A stretch of DNA of 64,000 nucleotides from Callorhinchus milii. Taxonomy: Eukaryota. The translations under genes and the position numbers were made by a program. The stretch is from assembly GCF_018977255.1 (NCBI RefSeq), contig NW_024704742.1, positions 20,648,001 to 20,712,000 of the forward strand. The letters run 5' to 3'. This document shows, one piece after another, positions 1-11,730 of this stretch (position 1 is its first letter; every line of letters starts with the position of its first letter). The notes beneath the pieces are model-generated. The model was not told the origin of the DNA. It worked only from the letters and a program-made list of their open reading frames with translations, and did not search any database.

Positions 1-243
1 AAACTAAATACGAATTCTAAGGACAAAATGGAAATTAAATTGCTCAGGCATCAATTTGGCCTCAAACAGAGTAAGCTGGAGTTTTAATTGGACAGAGCAC
101 AAAATAACTGTACATAAAGAGAGTGTTTAAAGGTTATCTCAAAACATATTTCTAACTTAATTTTGAAAATAAATAAAACCACTGAATTTAAATGGCATTG
201 TTAATTAGGATCCTGAAATCAAAATTAATGAAATCATCTGAAG

Positions 244-620
244 TAATAATAAACCTTGTATTTGATGTAGTGCTTTATCACATCTTCGAGGCATCTCAAA
301 GAGCTTCACAGGACATACTGTAAAGTGAATTGACTGTGTATTTTGTTGGTGAAACGCGGCAGCCAATTGAGCAAAGCAGTGTCCCACAAACAGTCATGGA
401 TTGAGTTACCAAATTATTATAATTACTTTCTTTGAAGGGCTTATTATCCCTGGAAAAAATGATCTGCCAATTGACTAACAACCGGGTTCCTACTTACTGC
501 TAGCTAAACAGAGGCGTATGAAGTAAGGAAACTTGCTCAAGATTTCACCCTGCCTGGGAATCAACCCAGATCCCCTTGTTTGCAAGTCGAGTGCTCTAAC
601 TACTAAGATACAGAGTTCCA
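244..620 (-). mobile_element. tRNA-derived SINE, long variant, degenerate
   Basis: Reverse complement has the tRNA-like head, the ttgagcaagtttccttac...tttagctagcagtaagtaggaacccgg segment, the Deu-like body and an (ATT)n tail; collinear with copies at 30456 and 52472. Confidence 0.9.
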
Positions 621-3195
621 TAAGTAAAATGATTAATGTAACCAATAATCTGGAAGTATACTATAAATATCATATCTTTAGAAATCCTCTAACCAAACCA
701 ATCCCTGAAGCCACCATTTTTCAAATCAGGTTTTCTTCAATCTTAATTCATAAAATCTTATTTTATTGGATTAATGCATTAGCAAATCTATCCCTTCAAA
801 GCCATAGACCACAGAACATTAAACTACCATTACATAAATCATTATTTAATGTAATGATTCAAATGTAAGGAATATTTATTATTATTGAAATCAAATCTCT
901 GTCTCTGAATTATAGCTCTTTTCAAAATGTTATAACTGTATTTCTTAAATTATTTATTTCACCTTTTTAATATTGCATTCTGTCCTCCCACCCCGTCCCC
1001 CACGGGTGCACTATTCATGGGGTGAAAGGTGAGACATTTCATAACAGATTTGCTCTGATTGAAGCTGATATGAAATGTTACACTAGCCCATTCATTCCAA
1101 AAGATTGACAGTGGCACTGTACACTTTCTGCAGGAGGGGTTGGGATACACACCTGGCTCAATGCATCAAGCTTCCTCTTCAATGCATTTGATGTTTATAC
1201 AATCACAGACGTATTTACTCTGAATAATAATGTTAGAATATTAGAAATAGGATCTTGTTTGGATCTGTTATGCAGCACCTTTCATGTCTGGAGTTTATCT
1301 CAAAATGCTTCACAGGATTACCTGTAAAGTGTAGTGACTGCATTTTGTAGGCAAATGAAGAATATGGCAGCCAATTTGCAAGCAGCAATATCCCGCAAAT
1401 GACCAATTTTATTTGGGAGATTGTTGGTCAAGGCACTAGAAGAAACTCCCTTCTCTTTTGACCTGTTAAATAAGTATGTCCTTTATGCATACATTTGGGT
1501 CATATTTGATATATATTTGGGTCATTGTGCCATAGAGTGAAATGTGCCCAGTTTCTTCACACAAGGTTTTGATCTATGCAGTACTTTGAGGGAAGGGAAG
1601 AAGAATTTACAACAGACTTGTCCTCAGAGAGGGAAAGCCTACTCCAGGACATTCGGAAGACCATCTGGAAACAGGTCATCCATTTTCCCTCTTGGGAAGG
1701 AAAAATGGAGGAAAATATGTAAAGTAACACAAGAGTAAGCACAAAAATTGTACATTATTATGTGTTAGAGTGAGGAATAAATTAATTACATAATTTGCAT
1801 AAAAGATTTTGTAATTGGAGACTTATATGATAAAGGTTTTTATAGACTTTGTTTCCGCAATGCAGAAATTTGATTTGATATATCAAGGCTATGCAGCGTG
1901 CTGGATTCAAAACTTTAATAACGAGTGTTGTGGTGCTTTAGTGGATTCAGTAATAGAGAGATAAGATAGAGATTTTGACTCCGTAGAGGATGCTACTAGT
2001 CTCAGTCAATATCATCTGAGGAGATGCCAAACTGAAATTAGAGGCAGGAATATCATTGACAGATTTATAGGCAAAACATGAATACAATTTGCATTTATAT
2101 AGTGTTCATCACATTGGGCTGATGTCTCAAAGTGCTTGATACTGCTGGCTGGTCACTTGAGCTGGGAATGAGAGTCGAAAGGGTGGAGAGGAGAAAGATG
2201 AAAGAAAGCGCAGTAAAGCGGTGTGTCTTGAAACTGGCCTTGATTGAATGGAGAGAGGGAACAGTTCCAATGTACTCCGGGATGGAATGACTTGTACATG
2301 TGTGATGTATAATGATCTAAATTGGGATGATTTACATCAATGTGGCAAAATCTGAATTGGGCGATGTTTCTAATTCATCGCATTCTGCAGAGCTCTTGCA
2401 GATGTTTCTTTTGTGTAAATGTGGTGTTCCGTGAAACTTTACTGTCCAAGACATTCCTTCTTGGCCGGACTTGTCAGGCATCCATTCTATATAACTCTAC
2501 AAAACCACCAACAACAGCTTACGTTTATACAACACATGCACGTACAAAATCCATCTTTAAGTGCTATGCAGAATGAGATTAATTAGAAATGAAGTGAATG
2601 GAGGCAAACACCATAACTCGTTTGCACAAATAATGTCCTAGAGACAGGCAACTGAATAGAAATGTAGGCTTGAATTTGGATGAGAAGGAAATATAAAGTT
2701 AGGTTAACAGTGCGTTTACCTTTGCAGTGAATAAATAACAGTGGGAGCAGTGCAGGGCTCCTTTCAGTGCACCTGAATCACAGCATAAACACACACTCAT
2801 CCAAAGTTCTCGTGTACCCCAGAACTTGAACTCTGCAAACGATCAGGTCTCATTGGCTGTACATTCAGAAAGAACATTATTTGATATAATTTCTCACCTT
2901 AAGTGATTTTTATCCCCCTGAAATACAAGGCTCTTGCAACATGAACCACTGTTATGGAACTGATCAGTTGAAAAGGTCTTTATTGTGAATTAACTGATTT
3001 TTTTTAACACTCAGCACCAGTGATTAACTGAGCAAAGGAAATATAGACATAGACTTGTTTTTGTATGTTACAGTTTAAGATTTTAGAAGATGTGGAATGG
3101 CGAGGAATGCTGCATTTACTTAATAAAATACAGGAAATATCTGATTTAGAAATCCAGACTCATCTCTTGGAAATAGAATTTCCACAACCTGATCT

Positions 3196-3490
3196 GAACA
3201 GCAACAACTTGCATTTATATAACATGCCTCACACAGTATAGCGTCCCAGAGCGCTTGATAGTGGCGGAACTGGGGGGAGGGGGAGGTGACCTTAGGCAAG
3301 GTCAAAGAGGATGGTCTTGAGGCACGATCTGAAGGTAAGGAAGTAGAGAGCAAGGTGGAGGGATAGCAGAAGAATGGTGGAACGGAGGACACAAGGGACA
3401 AGCAGGAAGCTGGAGCCAGTCGAAAGGAGGCAGCAGGTAGTGGGTTTGGGAGTAAGCAGTTCAGAGAGGTAGGGAGGTGTCAGTGCTTGA
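3196..3490 (-). mobile_element. Degenerate L2 LINE 3' fragment
   Basis: (CAA)n tail then cttgcatttatataac; downstream sequence matches the antisense L2 ORF2 C-terminal region. Confidence 0.75.
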
Positions 3491-4387
3491 AGTCAAATGA
3501 ATAATTTACATTTATTAAAAAAACTGCAAAATTGCAGACAGCTAAACAATGATTAAAAACACAAACATTTTGCAATAAAAAGTCAGAATAATGGAACCAG
3601 GGAATAATTACAAGGTAGCAATGTAATCTCAGGGTCTTGAGAATGCTATAAACTACAAGAGTGGTTTACCATGACCACCTGAACACAGAGATTAGATTAT
3701 AGCCTTGCAATAATTTCCTGGTATCCTTTCTTATTTATAATATGTAGAGTTTTAATTTTACATGGACTTTTTAATATTGTTTCTCATCAGCCTGGATGAA
3801 GCTTTTACAAGTGCTCCATCTCCTTGACGTGTGGTGATGCTCACACAAGAGGATTATTGATGGCAACATCATTATTGCAAGAAATAATCTGCAGTTAATT
3901 GCTGGGAAAATTCTGCATTCAAATCCAGTATAAAAGCATGAAAGCAACAAAATTAAAGCAGGCAGGGGAGAGGAGGCATCTGAACGAGAACAAAGAAACC
4001 TCTTCACTAACACCAGCACAAGTATTGAAATAACATATTCCACCCAAACAAGTGTGGGAAGAACCGTGAAGAGATTTTAAATAGGGGAAATAGGACCCAG
4101 GTGAAGCATTAATTAGAAAGAGGCCTGGATTTGCTGCTGATGCTCCCGTCAATAAAATTAATTGGTTAATTAGTACATTTTATTTTTAGAACTACTGGCG
4201 TGCAGTTTCCCCTTAAGCCTTTTGACTGCTCAATAGCCTTTGCAGCTTTCAAACTCCGCAAATTTTTTGTGACTGATTGTTTGCAGTAATGGTCTGTAAA
4301 TCCACATAACCTGAATAATATAAAGTGAAGATTACAGAAACATATGGAACATAAAAAACTACTAATCTCTTCCGTTCAGTTATATAT

Positions 4388-4717
4388 GTGGAGTCCTGTA
4401 GCTCAGTGTTTAGAGCACTCGCTTTGCAAGCGAGAGACCTGAGTTCAATTCCAGGCAGAGGGCGAAACCTTGGGCAAGTTTCCTTACTCCACACACCTAA
4501 TAATAATCCCTCCAAAAAAAACAAAAAACAATAATAAATTGGTCATTTTCAATCTACGACTGTTTGTGGGACATTGCTGTGCGCAATTGGCTGCCGGGTT
4601 CGCCCACAAATATACAGTCAATTCACTTTACAGTGTGTTCTGTGAAGCGCTTTGGGACGTCCTCCTGACGTGAAAAGCGCTATATCAAATGCAAGGATTA
4701 TTATTATTATTATTATT
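4388..4717 (+). mobile_element. Young tRNA-Ala-derived SINE (short variant) with Deu-like body and L2-type tail
   Basis: A box tagctcagtg, anticodon arm ctcgc-tttgcaa-gcgag, B box gttcaattcc, tail gcgctttgggacgtcctcctgacgtgaaaagcgc plus (ATT)n; near-identical to 19026 and 42146. Confidence 0.95.
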
Positions 4718-5090
4718 TTGGGGGGCAGCTGCCATGCAAAACATTTGTTCCTTTGTAACTTACATCTTCACTGCCTTCTAGTTTATTTTCCATTTTTTCC
4801 AGCTAAGTTAATAAACTAAAATAATCCTTGCATTTGATATAGCGCCTTATCGCTTTATTAATTGGTTCAGAGAGCTTCTTTACTAGATTTTACTGTAATG
4901 TGTAGTGTGTATTTGTAGGTGAACTTCATAAGTTTCCACACTTGTTATTGACATACTACATTTGCCAGTTACTGGAGTTCATTTCATTGCTGTATACTCG
5001 TCATTTACAAAGTAATTTGGAGGAAATTATTGTGAAGGAAAATGAGAAGGCTCATTTTACCACCAAATTACTAAGGGCGAGAAAATAATT

Positions 5091-5703
5091 CTGAGAAAGG
5101 GAAAAACATAATGAATTCATATTTCATAGCCTGGACTTTTCAGCCTAGAACTATTTCAGGATGATGAGAGCTATAAATGCTATTATCAAAATTAATATTC
5201 ACAAATAAACATTTTTTCAGAAAAGGGATCATGCAATTGCTTTTGTAATAGTTGCATTTTATTTTTTTACGCACTCTGCGTTTGCTGGCAAACCCACTGT
5301 TACAGAATATTTACTTTACTTCAACTTCAAAGAAGTTTTCAAATTCAAAGATTTTTTCGTAATAAAAAATACACTGTTTAATAGTCGAACATTTGGATAC
5401 TGTATATATACATCGAAAATTTCACCTAGGTTTTTTTTTGGCCTTTTTGATATGTGTTTATAATGGAAAATACCATCAGTGGCTGACACAAGCAAAGGGG
5501 AAGTGTATAACCCCGAATGGAATTTTTACTCACTATTATCAATGTGCAAGACCATTTGATCTTAAAATTAAATTAAAATAAATGTCTATTTGTGAATGTT
5601 AAGCTTGATAATAGCATTCATAGCGTTCATCATCCTGAATATTTCTAGGCTGATAGGTTCAAGCTATGAAATATGAATTTCATTATGTTTTCCTCTTTTA
5701 CAG
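5091..5703. repeat. Long imperfect palindrome, probable non-autonomous DNA transposon relic
   Basis: About 5091-5215 is the reverse complement of about 5580-5703 (aaaacataatgaattcatatttcatagc / gctatgaaatatgaatttcattatgtttt); weaker symmetry continues inward to tgtatatataca at 5401-5412. Confidence 0.8.
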
Positions 5704-6149
5704 TGTTTTTTTGATTTAAGATGGTGCAAAATTCATAAATTTAATCCTACTTTGGAAGCTGGTTCTCTGTTGTTTTTAATGAAGTGAATGACCAGTTTCA
5801 TCTGAGGGAATTATTGGCCAGCACACTGGAAGTGACTTCATTCTCTTTTCGAATAGTGCCACAGGATCTTTAACGTCCACCTGAGCAGGCAGATAAGTCT
5901 TCGGCTTAATGTCTGATTCAATGACGGCCCCTGAGTTTGATTCTATAATTTAATTCAAACTTTATTTGCTGTAAAATCATTTTACAATTGGAAAGATAGG
6001 CAAATCAAATCAACAATTTTATTTTTTTCCTTTTTTAATATTTAAAATGTAGATTTGCTCATCTTTTGATGTTCTTGGCTATGCAGTGTTCTTTGATTGC
6101 AACGGCCGGCCAAAGATCTTCTCCTGAAGCCTTTGCTGATATCACTCGC

Positions 6150-6455
6150 AAACAGCAGGAAGCTTGCCAGGCAATGCTTTCAATGGGGAGCTATGAGGTT
6201 TTAACTGGTTGGACTCAGCAATGCCCTAATGCATACTCTGGGGTTTCCAAGGCTTGGCTCTTGCCAGCTTGCATCTAATACTCTCTGGAATTAAGTAAGC
6301 AGGATGCGTCCCTCCAGGGAAAGAGTGTGTTTTCCATTACATACACAGGAAATTCCCTCTGTTGGTGGGATGTATGGAATTAAGACTTTGGTTGGATACT
6401 CTTCAGGATGACAATGGGATTCACATGTGTTACACATCTGGTTGACCCCAAAAAA
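6150..6455 (+). mobile_element. Unclassified A-tailed repeat family, copy 1 (3' part)
   Basis: Shares ggaattaagtaagcaggat and aagcttgccag blocks with the 32.4, 39.4, 48.6 and 62.2 kb copies; ends gttgaccccaaaaaa. Confidence 0.8.
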
Positions 6456-6828
6456 TGCAAGTTGTTGTTTAAAGTTCTGCTTTGTAGGGCATTGCTATAA
6501 TTTACAGTTATCTAGTTCAGTTATGCTGTTGTCTCAGAAAATGACAGACAAAGCTGCATTATGTTGCCGACAACTCTATGACAGCTTTGAGCTGTCTTCA
6601 TGCTGAAATCAGCGGGAGTCACACTCGGATCAGTGGCTAGTTAATGGACTGGCTCGATCACAATTTTCAATGAAGTGATAATTATCACATCACGCTTCGC
6701 AATTGTCACCACCATCTTTCCAAACCATCCTCGCAATGGGAATGGGAATTTCTCTCCCTTTCCAAACAAGGAAGTGATTAACAATGTCAAGATTCACACT
6801 TGTTTAATGAAGTAAATAAAATAATTAC

Positions 6829-6845
6829 GCTGCCCTCTAGTGTCA
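6829..6845 (-). promoter_or_regulatory. Candidate CTCF site
   Basis: Reverse complement ACACTAGAGGGCAGC, one mismatch to the CCASYAGRKGGCRS core, in non-repeat sequence. Confidence 0.45.
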
Positions 6846-7929
6846 CAAAGGTTTTTATTGCAATTTTGTTTTTTCTCTTGGAGTGGTAATAATAATCCTT
6901 ACATAATCTCAAAGGAATTCAAAGGGAAATGCTGTCAAGTGTAGTGACTGTGCATCTGTACTAAACATTTTGCACACAGTAAAGTGAATCAACATATGAA
7001 TTGCTCGACGAAAGAAGACCAAGGACCATCCAGTTCGTCTTCCACCATCCTGGCAGTCGCATGACCATGTATTGTCCCAAACTATATCCTGTATCCCACA
7101 ATAACAACAATAACTTGCATTTATATAGCGACCATCACACAGGATAGAATCCCGGAACAATATTACTTCTATCTAAATCTAGACATGGGACTTCAAAACC
7201 CAAAACCATTTGACCAGAAGAATAATGCCACCAAATGAGCAAGGCTGATACATCAGGGGATGCAGGTATTAAAAAGGGCCCATTTCCAAATTAAGGCTGA
7301 ATATTAAGAATTTTTCAGATTTGCATGATTTGAAATTTCAAGACAAAATTGTGTCATAGGCTAAAACTAAGCAGAATTTTGGATTTCAGGGATATGTGAG
7401 CAATATCTCTGCCAGCAATGTACATATTGCTCCTGTGTCTGCAGCAGATGCATTCATTTGGTTCAAGCTGCCTTGCGCACACGCATGCTGAGCCTGAGAC
7501 AGCCGTCCTAACACAGCAGTCTGCAGCATTGGCCATGCTTTCCGTATGGCACTTGGCCTGGCAAGATTAATTGGTAATCTGTTTTTCCATGTCTCAGTAG
7601 CTCGCTTTTGTTTTATTCAACTGTATACAGCATTCCAGTTAAAGGTATTGAAGGGGTTCGGTGCCTGTGTTCAGAAAGTGAGGCTGGGAAGCAACAGGGC
7701 TCCCATTACTCTATCAACATTCCTGTAGTGAACACACACAACCAGACTACAGCTGCTGTTCACCAGCATTAACCTTTAGGTTTTTTTATTGGCTGCTGAA
7801 TTGAACTGGCCTGAGAAGTAACATATGTATTTAAAGCTCTTACTGGCATGATGTTATACCTGCCCTCTGACATGCCTTGCAATGCACCATGTTATCCTGC
7901 AAATAGTCTTTAATCATTGCTATTCATTG

Positions 7930-8185
7930 CAGTAGAACAAGAGGACATAAGGTTAGAGTTGTAAAGGGCAATGTCAGCACAGACACTAGGAAGTTTTTCT
8001 TTACGTAGAGACTAATCAATGACTGGAATAGGTTGCCAAGGAAAGGTTGTAGAGATCAGGACACTTTTCTCATTTAAAAAGCAGCTTAATGAGATAATGG
8101 GGAAATGGTAGGACGTGGTTATGGAAGGATGAGATTGGATGGGCCAATGGGCCTTCTTCTTTCAAACCAATCTCGTGATCTTTGT
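7930..8185 (+). mobile_element. CR1 LINE 3' fragment
   Basis: Reads as degenerate TRGH..R...GNV..DTRKFFFT.RLINDWNRLP followed by gatgggccaatgggccttct, typical of CR1 3' ends. Confidence 0.8.
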
Positions 8186-8344
8186 GCACAGTACACTTAA
8201 GGAGATAATCTGTGACTTTCTATTCTTCCCCATTTTTAAAGCCCGCCACAAGACCTTTTTTGATCATACTTATGGTCATTGCGCCCCTCCCTCTCCCCCT
8301 GCTACCCCGCGTGAAGGGCGCTATATAAATACAAAATGCAAAAG

Positions 8345-8474
8345 TAAAAGCCTCTCTTTCCCAACATGCCCCAGTTCTGACGAAGGGTCATGGACCCGAA
8401 ATGTTGACTAACTTTCCTTTCTCCATAGATGCTGCCTGACCTGCTGAGTGTTCCCAGCAACTTCTGTTTTTGTT
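8345..8474 (+). mobile_element. Penelope-like element terminal-repeat fragment inserted in an L2 tail
   Basis: Hammerhead motif followed by ctccatagatgctgcctgacctgctgagtgttcccagca, which I recall as a common chondrichthyan Penelope-type repeat; flanked by ctatataaat (8321-8330) and ctatatgaat (8475-8484). Confidence 0.75.
8373..8409 (+). ncRNA. Minimal type I hammerhead ribozyme motif
   Basis: AGTT-CTGACGA-A-GGGTC-ATG-GACCC-GAAA-TG-TT-GACT: conserved core boxes, perfect 5-bp stem II, 4-bp stem I with one G-U pair. Confidence 0.75.
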
Positions 8475-8512
8475 CTATATGAATGCAAGTTGTTGTTGTA
8501 AGCAGCAAGTAT

Positions 8513-8830
8513 GTGGAATCCTGTAGCTCAGTGGTTAGAGCACTCGCATCACAAGTGAGAGACATGGGTTCAATTCCCGGCAGGGCGAAATCTTGGGCAA
8601 GTTTCCTTACTCCACACGCCTGATAATAATCCTTCAAGAACAAAAACAACAATAACAATTTTTGGTCACTCAATTCGCAACTGTTTGTGGGACACTGCTG
8701 TGCACAATTGGCTGCTGCATTTCGCCCACAATTATACAGTCAATTCACTTTACAGTATATTCTGTGAAGCGCTTTGAGATGTCTAGAAGATTGAAAAGTG
8801 CTGTATCAAATGCAAAGAATCTTATTTATT
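8513..8830 (+). mobile_element. tRNA-derived SINE (short variant, older tail type)
   Basis: Full-length alignment by eye to the 4388 copy. Confidence 0.9.
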
Positions 8831-9909
8831 AGTAGCATAATTTTAAAAGTCATGTTGCAGGGTCTCATAAGCAATTGGCGGTGCCACTAATTGAAGCACA
8901 TATTCTATGCTGCTGCAGATGCACCCTGCTCTCAACATGGGTATCCTCATGATAAGGCAAGATGGTCCAAGCGAAGAACTCACTCCCAAACGGTTGACAG
9001 AAGCAATTCAGGTTCATCGAATGATCAAACGTTGCTAACAGACACTGAACAATCAAACTTTAAATTTCTCATAATCTTAGCCTTAAGATCATTGTCTTAA
9101 CATTTAAGATCATGATGACAATTCTTAAATTCAGTTTTCATTTGTAAGTTGGCCTTCTATGTATTTTTAAAGCAAAGATGAAGAATTTCTGGTCTCAGAT
9201 TCTTAATGTCTTGGAGAGCATTTGTGATGTCTTTGTTTGCTGTTCCCTCTGTAAACGACTGAATATATATACATAATATATATATGCCATTGATACTTTC
9301 AAAGTCCTTCTGACCCATACAGCTATCAATCAGATGTCATGTCACTGTACCTGTAGGGTTAATAATCCACAACCCTGAAGATTCAGCTGCTCACTTGATT
9401 TTCTTTTGATTCTGCACAACTGAGATCAAACAGGTCTTTGTCACTGCAAGACTCTCATGCCTTGTACAATCACTGCTGTTTATCCGCACGTCTATAGATG
9501 TCTGTTTTGTAAGACAATATGCACCTAATTTGTAAGGTACCTAACATTACAATCTATCTCTCCAGTACATGTTTCAAGGGTCAATTGTGACTGGTGTGAT
9601 TCAGAGATGAATAATTGAATGGAGACAAAGCAGCCTACAGAGGATTATGTGACTGCACTAGAGACTCAGAATGAGCTCATTCTGCATTGCTTTACTGACC
9701 TATCGTAAAGCATTTCTTTACTTAAGGATCTCTGCATGATGACATACACATAGGGGTGAAAAATATGAATGTTTCATATTTCACATTTCATATTTGGTGT
9801 CAGAAAACAATATGAGAATTCCAATAAATCATTGCTGAATGATTTGGGTCATTTCCTCCTCCACCCCTGACTTCAGCAGAAGAGTTTGTAATAATAACAC
9901 TGGGAGAAA

Positions 9910-10102
9910 TTCCTTGTGTCCTCCTTTGCCTACTTCAAGGCTCATCTCAAGACCTTCCTCTTTGACCATGCCTTCGGTCATCCTCTCACTTCCACCCCTC
10001 TTGATTCCAACACCCAGCGCAGACGCGAACCCTTGGCTGTTCAGTGCCTTGGAACGTCCTCCCAACATAAAAGGTGCTATATAAATGCAAGTTGTTGTTG
10101 TT
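9910..10102 (+). mobile_element. L2 LINE 3' end
   Basis: FKAHLKTFLFDHAF followed by the L2 3' stem-loop and (TTG)n. Confidence 0.85.
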
Positions 10103-10500
10103 CTTAACATCCCCTCTCTATCTGTGTTCAGGACCTGCCTCAAATATGATCACTTCGACTGTGACTTTTGATCACCTTTTCCCCCTCTTCCCACTCTCCT
10201 GCTTAGTTTCCAACAACATCACTGTAAAATGCTTTGAGACATTATCCTATGTGAAGGGTGCTGTATAAATCCAAATTATTGTTGCTGTTGTTGTTGAACA
10301 GGATTTTATGAAACTACACAGAACATTGCCTAAGTCCTTATTTAAGACAGTATGCAACTGATTGGTACGGAATTGGCTCTCTCCCCTACCCAAAATAGCA
10401 ATGACATTGAAATAATTAAGCTTAAGAATCATGCTGAAGTCATGGGGTAGGGGATGGGGGTGGGGGATGGGGGAGCAGAGTTCACACTTAAATTCAGTTC

Positions 10501-10718
10501 ATAATTATAATAATAATAATAATAATCCTTGCATTTGATATAGCGCTTTTCACGTCAACGTTCAAGCGCTTCACAGAACACCTGTAAGTGAATTGACTGA
10601 AGTCGTAGGATGAAAATGACCAATTTATTATTGTTTGGGTTTTTGGAGGGATATTAGGGTGGAGCAGGTCTCTCACTTGCAAAGCGAGTGCTCTAACCAC
10701 TGAGCTACAGGACTCCAC
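10501..10718 (-). mobile_element. Young SINE copy with multiple internal deletions
   Basis: Head and tail match the 42146 copy, but the B box and most of the Deu-like body are missing. Confidence 0.9.
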
Positions 10719-11310
10719 TAATGTGACTATTATCATATCAAATTGGTTATGAAACTTCACAGTTTTCACCCCAAAATATATATATCACATTTTTTTTGGA
10801 AAATATATATTTATTTGAAAATATAATGTTTAGTACAACAATAAACTCAAAAAAACACATAGTACAACATCTTCCCTTACATTCCTTTTTGCGTATCCCG
10901 ATACAAAATATTTTATTCTTTCACGTTACATTTTTGGGGGGACGCTCTCCTATACAGATATCACAGTGCTAGCAATATTACCTCCTAACGGAATGAGAGG
11001 CATGTGTGAGCGTGGTTTGCTTCATTCAATCAATGGGAATATACCTCTTTTCCAGTTCTGCTGAATAAGTTACTGATCTATCTTTTCCATATTGCATCCT
11101 TATGAGGCTGAGATGAGTCAACTTTCATTAGTTTCTTTAGTTTGTCAATGGTTCATCTACAATTATTGGTCTCCCATTCACGCTTCTCCTCAAAATCATT
11201 TTAATATAAAGTGCATTTATGGGAAGGAGACCGCACACAGATTGGAACAAATACTATAACCAATGTTAAAAGATGTGAGATCAAGGGAAACTGAATTTTT
11301 TTGTTAAATT

Positions 11311-11730
11311 AATAATAATCCTTTCATTTGACATGGCGCCTTTCACGTCAGGAGGATGTTTCAAAGTGCTTCCATGATTTACTGCAAAGTGTAGTGACTG
11401 TATTTTGCCGGTAAATGCAACAGCCAATTTACACACAGTAATATTCCACAAACAGCCATGAAGGGAAGGATTAATTTTTATTGGGGAATTGTTGGCCAGG
11501 ACACTGGGAGAGACTCTCCTTTCTTTTCGAATAGTGCCATAGCATCTTTATCATCCACCTGAACAGCACAGAAATAACCTTGGAGGAATATCTCTTCCAC
11601 AGGCTGGTGACTCTTACTTAGCACTGCATTAGTTTCAGCCCAGACTTTGAGCTCAATTACCTAAGATTCGGTTTGAACTCACAACCTTCTGACTCAGAGA
11701 CAAAAATGTTACCAACTGAGCCAGTTTGCC
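11311..11730 (-). mobile_element. Older Deu-domain SINE, near full length
   Basis: Antisense tRNA-like head (cacaaccttctgactcagag...accaactgagccag), Deu block (gaatagtgccatagcatcttt...ccacctgaacag) and L2-type tail. Confidence 0.8.

Noticed and set aside
4388..4465. tRNA-Ala(TGC) gene, and similar heads at 19026 and 42146
   Set aside because: No proper acceptor stem, and each continues into a SINE body and tail; these are SINE heads.
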